Shown one piece after another: positions 29,701 to 47,833 of a stretch of DNA of 64,000 nt (position 1 is its first letter; each line of letters begins with the position of its first letter). This DNA comes from Eledone cirrhosa (Eukaryota): the NCBI GenBank assembly GCA_964016885.1, contig OZ024743.1, positions 225,122,001 through 225,186,000 of the forward strand, in the 5' to 3' direction. Under the pieces are notes generated by a model. That model searched no databases. It was not told the origin of the DNA and saw only the letters and a list, made by a program, of their open reading frames with translations. The position numbers and the translations under genes are program-made.

Positions 29701-30795
29701 CGTCACAATGTTGTCCAACGTGACCATTAGGTCGCCTGCGATAATTATATAGTCACTGTCGATATTTGGGAGGTAGTTAGCATCAGTGTCTCATAGAATC
29801 TGTCTTTTATAGTTCCGGGCAGTCCGGATTGGGGTGCGTACGCAGATATTACTGTCACCGTAGTTCTATTGAGGACAAGTCTTATTTTAATTATTCTGTC
29901 GTTCACTCTATTTACGTCTATTATCTTATCTGCTACATAATTCCTACTCCACCCAGCCCATCGTCGTTTCCCACCCAGAAAAGCTTATAACATCGTTTTT
30001 TACCCTCAATGAACCTAGCAGACCCACCCCTCCACCTGGTCTCTTGAATACAACAAACATCGACCTCCTTACGTTCAAGCATTTCTACAACCTCGTTAGC
30101 GCGACCCTTTAGGGTGCCTACATTTATGGTACCAACTCTGAAGTTTTGGATTGCGTTTGGAGGGTGGGGGGCGGGGGGCGATGGGGTTATGTTAGCCGTC
30201 CGCGGTCGAAACAATGAGGAGTGCTCGCATTCTCGTCCAAGAGGTGAATTTGTCTTTATCTTTGGCATTGTCGCTGAGCGTCCAGATTTTTCTCTCTCTC
30301 ACCTCCACTCTCCAGGATTCCGCAGTCCATCCATCCATCATATATCGAAAGGCAACCAGGCAAGCGATAGTATAGGCCTCTGGTTTCTGATTGGTCCGCG
30401 TAATAATACTGGTGATGCGTGGGGGCTCTGTTTTATGATTGGTCCACGTAATAGCAATGGTGGTGCGTGGGGGTGGGAGGGAGGGGTGTTGGGTAGCTAG
30501 CAAGAAGGTAATGATTGAATGGGGTCCTTGCATTTAACAAGCGATTAACAAAAATACAAAATTTGTTCTGTTAAATACGCCCAAAAACTTTCGTATTTAA
30601 CAATTAATAGAAACAGAAAATGTAGTTTGTTTTAGCGATAGATTGGCTATTTGGACTTGATACGAAATATGGATTGTTTTGAAAATACGCTAGAATTAAG
30701 ATTTGTGGAGGGAGAGAAATGAAATCCGTACATTACGTTTACATGCATATCGTGGGTAGACAGCAAGCAATGAAATTTGGCGAAGTGAATTCCTA
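26737..30795 (-). mobile_element. Near full-length RTE LINE (subfamily 2); 5' boundary uncertain
   Basis: 5' UTR, APE start (GTINVGTL...CIQETRW, ORF 29933-30268), RT pieces 28646-29242 and 27124-28518, 3' UTR, (GAT)n tail. Confidence 0.92.
27124..30268 (-). pseudogene. RTE APE-RT polyprotein, several frameshifts
   Basis: Complete domain set from initiator Met to stop, broken by small indels. Confidence 0.88.
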
Positions 30796-30797
30796 TC

Positions 30798-33960
<3,163 letters not shown>

Positions 33961-35248
33961 TTGATGACATTTTGAGAGCCTTGGGAGAGGGTTCCAACAC
34001 TGATGTTATCTACCTTGATTTCAGCAAGGCCTTTGACAGGGTTGATCATAACATTCTACTGAGAAAGCTGTCCAATATTGGTGTCACTGGAAAGCTGCTG
34101 CAGTGGATCAAGAGCTTCCTGTCAAACAGAACCCAACATGTTGTAGTTGAGGGAGTCAAATCAAGCCCAGCCAAAGTCAGTAGTGGAGTCCCACAAGGCA
34201 CTGTGTTGGGCCCACTTCTCTTCATCATCTATATTAATGACATCACTGACATCATCAAACACAGCAACATTAAAATTTTCGCTGATGATTCCAAGCTCCA
34301 AAAGGTCATCAATGCGTGGATGACCGGATAAGCCTTCAGTCAGACCTACTGGCTGTTACCCAATGGGCAGAAAAGAACAACATGTTACTGAACGAAGACA
34401 AATTCGAACTGATCCACTTTGGAAAAGAGGATGCTCTGAAACTCCCGTACTCCCTTCCCTCCGGGGAAACTCTCGTGGCATCTAACAACATCAGAGACTT
34501 GGGAGTAACCGTGGACAGCAACATAAGCTGGACCACGCATATAAGCAGCAAAGTTGACATGGCCCGCAGAATGTGTTCCTGGATCCTCAGAACCTTCCAG
34601 TCGAGAGATTCCCGCACCATTATCCTTCTCTTCTCTACTTTCGCCGACCACACCTTGAATACTGTTGTCCACTGTGGTCTCCCCACACGAAACAAAGTAT
34701 CATGAAACTTGAAGCTCCTCAAAGGGCAATCACGAAAAAGATAGATGGCATGTCAGACCTTGACTACTGGGGTCGATTGGAAAACCTGAAACTTTACTCA
34801 CTCCAACGTCGCCGTGAGCGTTATATTATCTGCATGATGTGGAAAATGTTCCATCATCACTGCCCAAATGATGTTGGCATCGCCTTCAAGATACACCCAA
34901 GGCTGGGCCCCGTGCTATCCGTCCCATTCAAAAATCTAAATCGCAACTCATAACAACAATACGGCACAATTATTTCACCTCAATCGGCCCTGCTCTCTTC
35001 AACATCACACCAGGACACGTCAAAACAGAAACTGACCACACAAAATTCAAGAAGTCTTTGGACAAATTCCTCCAAGTAATCCCGGACAAACCACCCACAC
35101 CCGGATATGTCTCCGCAAACAGTAATTCTCTTCTCGAATGGGCCATGGTGCCCAAATCCTGAATTGAAAGACTTCGCCAGGTGGTGCTATTAAGTTAGAC
35201 ATGGCCTGGGCCAATACTGGCCAAAACATTTCAAAGTTATTCAAAGTT
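33961..35248 (+). mobile_element. CR1-group LINE, 5'-truncated RT fragment
   Basis: [58 protein letters not shown]; tail TTCAAAGTTA x2; frameshifted. Confidence 0.9.
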
Positions 35249-37590
<2,342 letters not shown>

Positions 37591-37640
37591 AAAATAAAGT
37601 TAAATAAAAGTCAAATGATTAAAATTTAGCTTCGTTTATT

Positions 37641-37695
37641 ACTGCTATATATATTTCAGTGACAGCCATCTTTGGCTGTGACCTCTTCAGGCAGT
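37641..37695 (-). ncRNA. Minimal type I hammerhead ribozyme (sense to PLE 2)
   Basis: ACTGC-CTGAAGA-stem II-GAAA-TATATA-TA-GCAGT on the minus strand. Confidence 0.85.
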
Positions 37696-40600
37696 TTAAT
37701 TAGTATGGTATAGACAAGTACATATGTTGTTTAGGTGTATGATATTGTCAATACTCTGATATGCCAGTTCCTTGTTGGGTTGTTAATTCACTGGGGAACT
37801 GGAGTCATATGAATTCTAACAAACGAATTTCATGTCACAGGTCCCCTTCTCCTCTCATTGGTCAGTTATTAGAACATTCCTCATTCTAAGTGTTGTTATT
37901 GTTGGAGTTAGCTTAAAAATTGGTAAAATGGTAGAAGGGACAATGTGTTAAAGGAACAAAATAACAAAATAACGAAAAAAGTGTCAAACTTCCCATTGTT
38001 CAGTTCTGAGAGCATTCCTCAGTCAGAAGTCTATAGAATTCTTTCTGGGGTGAGGCTCCCTGTAGTGTTTTTGCCTGCTATTGTTCAGTACATTTGACCT
38101 CCACCATTATTTTGGTACTGTTGTTGTTGTAGTGGTCAGCTTATATCTTGCTGCTGCTAACAATATATCTTGCTGCTGCTAACAATTTAGAAGTATCCAG
38201 TTTGTGTTTTTTCTTCATCTCTCCGGTCACCATCGTAGTGGTGGTGGTGGTGGTGGTGGTGGTGTGGGAGGGGGGGGGGGGCTTCTTTCATGTATATGAA
38301 GAAATATAAGGCAATAAATGAAGAAAACAGAAAATAAATAAATAATATAATAAAGTAATTAATATAATTTGTGTAATTTGAAAATAAATAAATAAATAGA
38401 GAATAAAGAATAAAGAGTAAATGAGAGATTGGTGAAAAAGTAATGATAATGTATATGGAGAGGTGAGAAATAATGTAGGATAAAGTGTGTGTGTGCTATA
38501 ACCAATCTCAAGGTCAGAATATGTTGGATAGATTGGTATGAGACAAGATGTTAAGATGAGATATTCAATGTGTTTGTGTTATAATCTATCTCAACTTAAA
38601 ATAAATATAAGGTGATACAGTGAAGAGGGCAGAAAACAAAAAACAAATTAATAAAGAGAAATCAAGATTTAAGATTGGAACTTGAAAGTCAGAAATCTGG
38701 TAAATTAAAAGTGTTTGTGTTATAGATGTTGGCCAAATTATTATGGCTGTGTCCGATTCTATCTCTAGGCTATCATGGTGTCTGCTCTGCCTGGGTTGTT
38801 CCCTGTGGCTTGAGGGGAGTTCACAACCTAGGGTTTTGTTATTGCCCATATAGCTTGAGGGAGGTCTGGCCGAGAGGTGTTTTCATGTTCTGTAGAAGTC
38901 CCTATAGCTTGAGGGGAGTTCACATCTTCTTGTGTTGCTACTGTCCATATATCTTGAGAAAGGTCCCGGCTCTAAGGTGTCTGCATGTCATGAAGAAGTC
39001 GGTTCTGAGGTTTATCAGGCCGCTTCCACCTCTTAGTATCTCGAGGGTCTCGTTCAGGCATAGTTTGCATATGCAAGATCCCCTTTATCGGGTGGTACTT
39101 TCCTGATTATGTACCAGGCCAGAGAGTATGGGGTCCTGTCCAGCTTAAGCTTCCAGATCAGGTCGGAGAGAGCTGTGCTTTTCCTTTTGGCCTCCTTCTT
39201 GAATGAATGGCGATGGTTGTACCAGCGGTCCTTAAAGCTCGTTGATGTGGCTCCTATGTAGAGGTGTTCGGAGTTGGGGTTTTAACCCTACAACCGTACA
39301 CTAGGTTCTTCTTGAGACATTCATTACCAAGGGGGCATGATTCGGGGTTTCTGCAGTTGCAGAGGGTGGTCGGCCTCTGCGTGCCTATATTAGGGTTCTC
39401 ATTATGTGTTACATGTGGGTCTTCCCCCATGCTCGGTGGGGGGTCCTTGGGTCTGTTTGTGTTTCTTGGGTGGGCTCTGGGTCCCCCCTTCCCTCCTTTC
39501 ACATGGTTCTGCTGAGTGTTTGTATTGCCATCTTCTGGTTGTGTGTGGTTTTTAAGCCTACTTCTGTTGATGCTAGCTATGTGTTGGGCCAAATTTCTCG
39601 TGGTGGAATACGAAAGCTTCACAGTGTGTCTGTTGAAGATCCTGTGGTATCTGTGGTCCCTCGGGAAGCATTTGTCAAGTGCTCCAAAGAATATTCGGGC
39701 CAAGCTTTTCTTTAGGGCCGCTGAGTAGGGTGGGTTGTACCACGTGATTTGTCGGTGTCTTCTCCTATATGTGTGGGTTGGGGGCTTCGTGATTTGTTGG
39801 AGATTTGTTGGGTTGCTGGTGGTTTCCGCACTGTTGCTTCCCTTTTGGGCTCTATACTTTTTGTTATCTTCGCGGCCTGGATTTGTGGGGTGGTTGTTGT
39901 CCGCCCCGGGAGATCCATCGTGGGGTGGTCGCCCGTTTCCTCCCCCCCCCCCCCACGTGTCCTGCGGTTGGGGTTGTCCGTCCTGGGGTAGTTAGCGTCA
40001 CGCCTGAGACTGCTACTCATATTGTGGTCCATCTCGTGGTCAAGCGCACTAGTCCCCACCGCCCGTGTGGTGGTGTCTGGTACATGTTGCCTATTTGATT
40101 CTGCTCTGCCTGTATTGTTAGGGTTCGCCCTCCCCCCTCTGGCAACGCGGTTGTGGGTGTCTGTTGGGCTATCCACCTCCCGGCTTTTCGGACTATATGT
40201 TATATTTTATCCATGTGCCGCCTTCTTTAGAGCTGCGTTGTAATATTCCGCGTGGTTGTTGAATATTTCCTTACTTGCTGACAGGCTGGAGATGGAGATC
40301 CTGTCCGAGACACTCTTCACCACTGCCTTAGTTATGGATCTAGGGTGGTTTGATTTGGCGTTAACATATACGAGTTTATCGTTGGGCTTGTGGTAGGGGT
40401 AGTATTGCTCGGTGTTCAGGTTTAGGGTGGTGTCTAGGAAGTTAACTACCTTCCTATTTGGGTCTATTTCTATGCTGAGCCCCTGGTTCTTAAAGAAATG
40501 GCGAATACGCCTCCTCATACCCTCCAACATATTGGTTGCTGTGGTCATGTACTGTGAATAGAGCATCGTCACGATATAATCCGCCGCCCAGGCAGGGGAT

Positions 40601-40805
40601 TTCATCTTTTATCTGCTTCAGCAGGTAGAGCCCAACCAGGTCCGTTACCTGCGCTGAGTCGCTGGAGCCCATCGTGATGTCAAAGTTATTTGGCCAATCA
40701 CTCCTGGTCCAAAGGTCTCCATCGAAGTGAACTGGGCATATCAGAGTATTGACAATATCATACACCTAAACAACATATGTACTTGTCTCTACCATACTAA
40801 TTCAA

Positions 40806-40860
40806 ACTGCCTGAAGAGGTCACAGCCAAAGATGGCTGTCACTGAAATATATATAGCAGT
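40806..40860 (+). ncRNA. Minimal type I hammerhead ribozyme (inverted copy)
   Basis: ACTGC CTGAAGA GGTCACAGCCA AAGA TGGCTGTCACT GAAA TATATA TA GCAGT. Confidence 0.85.
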
Positions 40861-41059
40861 AATAAACGAAGCTAAATTTTAATCATTTGACTTTTATTTA
40901 ACTTTATTTTACACTACTCCGGAGTAACCAAACCAACCTGCGCACTTCGTCGAGTGCTCCAGCCTGCATACTGAGGTGTTGGTATACAACCAACATAAAC
41001 TCAAAATCTATATATATACATATATATATATATACATATATATGTAGGAGGTGAGTTTT

Positions 41060-41346
41060 ATTGTAGTACAATAAAGCAATGCAGATATCGGATAAGAAGC
41101 AAACATGTTTTAGTCCACTCTGACAAAACCAATAATTTATATGGTATTTCCAAGGATAATTATAACAACCTTATCTTATAGGAACTTATCGTAAAACCAA
41201 CCATGATCAATTTAGAATCCATAAACTTTGAAGCCTCTGAGATTATGTCAAAACTTGGCATCGGAAAAAAGACCGAACCATTCCTTCCAAGAACTCCGAG
41301 GATAAATCTCAAGGATCACAAAAACAATTTTCGCACTGATCTACCT
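41060..41346 (+). mobile_element. PLE RT N-terminal fragment
   Basis: SDKTNNLY and PRINLKDHKNNF motifs (DK and KxHK motifs of PLE RTs). Confidence 0.65.
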
Positions 41347-41559
41347 AAATATATATATATATATAAATATATATATATAAATATATATATATAAATATAT
41401 ATATAAAAATATATATATAAAAATATATATATAAAAATATATATATAAATATATATATATAAATATATATATAAATATATATATAAATATATATATAAAT
41501 ATATATATAAATATATATATATAAATATATATAAATATATATATATAAATATATATATA

Positions 41560-41599
<40 letters not shown>

Positions 41600-41692
41600 A
41601 ATATATAAATATATATATATATATATAAATATATATATAAATATATATATAAATATATATATAAATATATATATAAATATATATATAAATAT

Positions 41693-41747
<55 letters not shown>

Positions 41748-41808
41748 AATATAAATATATATATATATAAATATATATATATAAATATATATATATAAAT
41801 ATATATAT
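41347..41808. repeat. (TA)n array with TAAA interruptions
   Basis: Direct observation; same variant at 42185-42436 and 45634-45708. Confidence 0.95.
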
Positions 41809-42184
41809 ATGGCTTAGTGGTTAGAGCATTGGACTTGCAATCGAAAGGTTGTGAGTTCAATTCTCAGACTGGGTGATGTGTTGTTTCCTTGAGCAAGACA
41901 CTTTATTTCACATTGCTCCAGTTTACTCAGCTGTAGAAATGAGATGATAAGGACTGGGGTCCCTATCATTCCACTACAAAGTGGTCGTGGAGGTGCCACG
42001 GCAAAAAAGCACCCAGCCCACACTGTAAAGTGGACGTGTAGGTGCCACGGGAAAAAAGCACCCAGCACTCACTGTAAATGAGGTTGGTGTTAGGAAGGGC
42101 ATCCAGCTGTAGAAATCAAGCCAGAATCAGTTCCCGTCCCACCCTTGCAAGCAGGGAAAAGGGGACGTAAAATGAAATGATGAT
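41809..42184 (+). mobile_element. CORE-type SINE with RTE tail (family A), extra internal tail repeat
   Basis: Near identical to 19395-19732 with the GGTGCCACGG...GCACCCAGC unit present twice. Confidence 0.9.
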
Positions 42185-42196
42185 ATATATATAAAT

Positions 42197-42243
<47 letters not shown>

Positions 42244-42300
42244 TATATATATAAATATATATATATATAAATATATATAAATATAAATATATATAAATAT

Positions 42301-42347
<47 letters not shown>

Positions 42348-42436
42348 TATATATGTAAATATATATATATAAATATAAATATATAAATATAAATATATAT
42401 ATATATAAATATAAATATCATCATCAAATATAAATA

Positions 42437-45400
42437 TCATCATCATCATCAGCGTTTAACGTCCGTGTTCCACGCTTGAGGCAAGAGTGATTGTCTTGCT
42501 CCCATAGGACTATCTGGCAGGTTTTCTACAGTTCGATGCCCTTCCTAACACCAACCACATTTACAGTGTGGGTCTGGGAGGTTTTTACTGTGTTGCCTAC
42601 ACGGTCACATTACAGCGTGGACTGTGTCTTTTTTTGTCGTGACACCTACACAATCTCATTTGTTTCAGCCTGGATGGTGTGGCACCAACATAACTTTACA
42701 TAGAAGGGGGCGGTGTGGATGGGGTGGGGGTGGTGGGATGGGGGTGTATTTTGTTAGAGATGCCTACTGACTGTAGTAGGTTTTACTATGTATTTAGGTA
42801 AGGCGGGTCTTCTCTATTACTGAGTACCGCCAAAGGTCTCGGTCCAGTGACATTGTCTTGGAGAGGTGTAAGTGTGTGAGGTTGGAGTTTATCAGCTCGT
42901 CCCATGTTTTTCTAGGTCTGCCTATTCCGTGGCTACCGTCTATCTTTATTGCCCTGCACTTTGTTATACAGCTATCGACTTTCATGAGCATCACGTGTCC
43001 ATACCAACGTAGCCTTCTCTCGAGTAAACAACATCTGATCCCTCTTATTTCTAATTTTTTCCTTAGTTCGTTTATGCTTTGCCGTTCACGTATATTACTA
43101 TTACACATCCAGCGGAGCATGCAATCTTCGTTCCTCTCTAGTCTGCGTATATCCTCTGCACACAATGCTGTTCATATGCAGGCATCATACAACCTGCCTT
43201 TCATTTTTAGGGAGAACCCTTTAGCGGCTAATAGTGGTATAAGCTCTCTGAACTTTTTCCATCCAGTTCTGACACTAGCTACTGTACTTTCAGAGCACCC
43301 TCCCCCACTGCTGATTTTGTCACCCAGGTAACAGAAGCTGTCCACTATTTCTATAGAGCCCTCTGCACAGTTGAAAGAGCTAGAATTTTGTGGGCACTTG
43401 CTGCTACTTATTGCACCAGAGCACCAGCCACATGTGAAATCTATGTTCTTAGTTAGCTTACCTGTGATCCCACTACATCTTTTATGCACCCATACTTTGC
43501 ATTTCTGACACAAAATGGAGTTTCTACCTACGCCTTTCCTACACACTGAGCATGGCCACTTCTCGGAAGGGACCGCCACCTTATTTTCTTTGCTACAAAC
43601 TAGAACTTTGGTCTTAGCCAGGTTAATTTTAAGGCCTTTTGCTTCTAGGCCATGCTTCCATGTTTGGAATTTCTTCTCTAGCTCGGCCATTGATTCAGCT
43701 ATGAGTGTTAGGTCGTCTGCGTATAGGAGTTCCCATGGGCAGCCGGTCTTGAACTCCTCTGTTATAGCCTGAAGGGCAATAATAAATAGTAGGGGGCTGA
43801 GAACAGAGCCCTGATGGATGCCAACTTTTACGCTAAACTCTTCACTATATTCGTTGTTAATTCTAACCTTGCTGACTGTTTCTTTATACATGGCTTGTAT
43901 AGCTCTCACAAGCCATTCGTCAACACCTAGTTTTCTAAGAGCCCACCAGATAATGGAACGGGGGACTCTGTCGAAGGCTTTCTCCAAGTCGACAAAAGCT
44001 AAGTATAGGGGTTTACTTTTAGCTAGGTACTTCTGTAGTTGTCGCACAATGAAAAGAGCGTCTGTGGTACTTTTGCCTGACACAAACCCGAACTGCATTT
44101 CATCTAGATCAATTCTCTCTCTGATTAGTTGCGCTATTACTTTTTCCGTGTCCTTCATGACCTGGTCAATTAATTTAATGCCTCTATAGTTACTCCTATC
44201 TAGGGCATCTCCTTTACCCTTATAACAGTTAACGATGATGCTGCTCCGACAGTCCTTCGGAACAACCCCATTCTGTACGACTTGGTTAACTATCCGGGTG
44301 ACCATGGTGTGTCCCACCGTGCCAGATGCTTTCAGCATCTCAGCAACTATTTCCGAAGGCCCAGCTGCCTTACCCGTCTTCATATCCTTGATTGCCTTAC
44401 TTATTATACTACCCTCGACTAACACTGCTGGTCCCTCTATTGGGTCGATGTGGGGGAGACTGTCTTTCTCCCATTTATTCTCCTCATTTAGTAGCCTTTC
44501 ATAGTGACACTTCCAAGCTACCTTCTTATCAGCGTCGGTGATGGCAAGTACGCCGTCATCATTAAGTACACACTTCTCCCCGACAATATCACGGTTTTCC
44601 TTGACACATTGCCTAGCAATCCTGAACACCTCACGTTTTTGGTCCTCGCGTTGTAGAACATGCTTGAACTTTCTTTCCTCTGCTTCCCTTCTTGCGAAGT
44701 ACACTTGTCTCCTAGCTTCCCTCCTCGCCACTTGATAGTCTTCTCTACTTCCCCCATCCCGCCATACTTTCCAAGCCTGCTTTTTGGCCTTAATTGACTC
44801 CTCCACCTTACTGTTCCACCACCATGTTACTCTCCTCTTGCCTACAGGCCTGCTCCAGCGACAGACTTTGTCTGCAGCCATCAGCAGGTTTGCTTTCAGG
44901 AATTCCCACTGTTCCTCTATATTGTACGACTCTAATTACTCTTCCTTACTGTCGAAAGCATCAAGTAGTATGTTTTTAATTTTATTTCTGGCTGTGGGGT
45001 CCTTTAGCTTCCATATTTTTCTCCTGAGGATAGTCCTCTTCTGTTGTCTAGTACGTCTCGTCCTGACTATTAAGTCGCTAATTATCAGTCTATGTTGGGA
45101 GGTGCATTCTTCATGGGGGAGGGATTTAGTGTTTAAAACAGACACTATCACGTCTTCTGGTAAGGATATAATCTACCTGGCTTGTGTGTTCCCCAGATCT
45201 ATAGGTGATCAGGTGATTGTCACGTTTTTTGAAGTTAGTGTTACAGATAGTTAGGTTATTTGCGTCACAGAATTCCAGGATTCTGGAGCCTTCCTCATTT
45301 CTAGTATCAAACCCATAGCCTCCATGGATTTCGTCATAGCCGTCACAATATTGTCCAACGTGACCATTTAGGTCGCCTGCAATAATTATATAGTCACTGT

Positions 45401-45633
45401 CGGTTATTTGGGAGGTAGTGAGCATCAGTGTCTCATAGAATCTGTCTTTTATAGTTCCGGGCAGTCCGGATTGGGGTGCGTACGCAGATATTACTGTCAC
45501 CGTAGTTCTATTGAGGACAAGTCTTATTTTAATTATTCTGTCGTTCACTCTATTTACGTCTATTATCTTATCTGCTACCATAATTCCTACTCCACCCAGC
45601 CCATCGTCATTTCCCACCCAGAAAAGCTTATAG
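42437..45633 (-). mobile_element. RTE LINE, slightly 5'-truncated (subfamily 2)
   Basis: APE (SAYAPQ, AGDLNGHVG, QVDYIL), 569-aa RT ORF 43172-44881, C-terminus 42794-43165, tail. Confidence 0.93.
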
Positions 45634-45708
45634 CATATATATAAATATATATATATATAAATATATATATATAAATAAATATAAATATATATAAATATAT
45701 ATATATAT

Positions 45709-46612
45709 ATTCTCTCATTCACGATTCCACCGAATTTATATTCATAGAAATCTGGGACTTGTTTCCTTCTTCATCACTTTCTGCTGCTTAAACCATTTTG
45801 CTTGTTTACCCTAGCGTCCCCTTTATTTACGTGTCATAATGACTTTTTTTTTAGCCATTGCTCGCACCAACCTGAGGTATATGGCCTTTAATGCGACGAA
45901 ATGCCTACGACAGTTGGATGGGCACTGATGAGGACAAAGTTTTTCATATGTAACCCATTTGCAGCCCCGCAGCTCCATTATTATCATATTTACACATATT
46001 TTTTCCTCCGCTGCCACCAGTCTGTTTTGTTCTTTGTGTCTTTACCCTTTCTAGCAGTCACTCTCTCTCTGTTAGCCTCTTCCTCACCTTTCACTCACTC
46101 ATTCTCTGTCACTACCTCTCCTCCTCCCCTTTCTTCCCGTTTGACCTGTCCGTAATCCTTTTCTCGCGGGCACTTGGCCAAGCCGGTACGAATTTTTTTT
46201 CTCTCTCTCTCGTCTGCAACTTCACAGAACTTATGTTTACCGAATTCGCAGACCAGACCCCTTCTTCCTCCCGTTAGACCTGTGCGAAATTCCTTCCTTG
46301 CTCACATTTCAACCAGGTTTGATGGTCTTTATTCTCTCGTTCACGATTCCACCAAATTTATATTCATAGAAACCTGGGGCTTGTTTCTTCTTCATCACTT
46401 TCTGCTGCGTAAACCATTTTGTTTGTTTACCCTAGCATCCCCTTTATTTACGTGTCCCAACGACTTTTTTTTTTTAGCAGTTGCTCGCACCAACCTGAGG
46501 TATTTGGCCTTTAATGCGACGAAATGCCTATGACGGTTGGATGGCCACTGATGAGGACAAACTTTTTCATATGTAACCCATTTGCAGCGCTGCAGCTCCA
46601 TTATTATCATAT
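45709..46612 (+). mobile_element. Unclassified ~622-bp non-coding unit, 1.45 tandem copies
   Basis: ATTCTCTC..TCACGATTCCACC at 45709 and 46331; homologous to 19972-20755. Confidence 0.78.
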
Positions 46613-46630
46613 ATAAATATATATATATAT

Positions 46631-47781
46631 AAGGCCTTGTTCGAAGCCATGTGTTGGCAGTGTTTTTAGCTTCTTCAACACCACTAAAACGGGTTCCTTT
46701 TAGCATTCCTTTGAGTTTTGGAAAGAGGAAAAAGTCTGATGGGGCTAAATCTGGACTATAAGGCGGGTGAGGAAGCACTTCCCATCGAAATTCTCGAAGA
46801 ACTTCTTTTGCAACCCACGCAGAATGCGCTGGTGCATTGTCATGGTGAAACAAGATCCCACCATGAAGTTTCCTTTTTCGTTTCTTAACTAATGCCTCTT
46901 TCAGCTTCCTTAAAACATTTGCATAGTAAGCTCCTGTCACAGTTCTTTGACCTTCAAGATAATCTATTAGTATCACACCATCTGAATCCCAGAAAATGGT
47001 GGCCATCACTTTTTGATCCGACTTTTGAGATTTGAACTTGATTGGCCCCGATGATCCACGTGAAAGCCACTGTTTTGAATGCTGTTTGGATTCAGGATCA
47101 TACTGGTAGATCCAGGTTTCATCTCCGGTGATGATTCTGGTCAGGAAATGCTCTTCATCAACTTCAATTTTGTTTAATATCGCCAAAGACAGATCACTTC
47201 GAAGAATCAACTGATAAAGGCGCAACGCTTTTGGGACCCATCGCGCTGAAAGCTTGCCTAGTCCCAAATTATCGTGCAGAATTGAATTTGCCGAACCATA
47301 TGAAATGTCTAGGGACTTAGCTAACTGATTAACTGTTATTCTTCGATCTTCTTCAATTAAAGTCTGAGCAGCCTCAACGTTTTGGTCATTTTTTTATGTT
47401 CCTAGTCTTCCACTGTGATGGACGTCTTCAAGGTCGTCTCTCCCTTGTTTGAATCGCTGAATCCACTTATAGACAGCAGTTTTCTTTGGAGCAGTAGTAC
47501 TGTAAACTTTAACTAAAACCTCCATAATCTGTGTCCCTTTCCATTTGAGTTTCACCAGAAACTTGATATTCGATCTTATCTCAAAATAGCTATTTTCCAT
47601 TGTTCCAAAAAGAGGTTTTTTAAAGAGTGTCAGTACTGTACAATAGTCCGCGCATAACTGACTGCAAGTGACTAATAGCAAGGTAAAGACCCAGTGACAA
47701 TGTTCTGACATGTTTAATATTGTTTTAATCTACTTTTTTCTTACAACGATAAAATTCCGCGAACTTTTTCACTCCACCTCG
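46631..47781 (-). mobile_element. Mariner (DD34D) transposon, 3'-truncated pseudogene
   Basis: TA-CGAGGTGGAGTGAAAAAGTTCGCGGAAT terminus; HTH region; WVPKAL, GDETW, HHDNAPAH, YSPDLAPSDF; ORF disrupted near 47394; other TIR absent. Confidence 0.9.
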
Positions 47782-47799
47782 TATATATACATATATATG

Positions 47800-47833
<34 letters not shown>

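Larger units (their letters stand above)
37591..41008 (-). mobile_element. Penelope-like retroelement 2, 5'-truncated with inverted pseudo-LTR
   Basis: FDITMGS...GLYRDD (40490-40730), NFLDTTL/YHKPN/SNHP (40207-40605), CNC-x5-CPL-x3-C, LVY...YIG endonuclease (~38960-39370); 180-bp inverted repeats 37591-37769 / 40730-40910. Confidence 0.88.

Noticed and set aside
45920-45955. Complete hammerhead in the 620-bp unit
   Set aside because: CTGATGA is not followed by a closing stem II and GAAA; kept only as a partial motif
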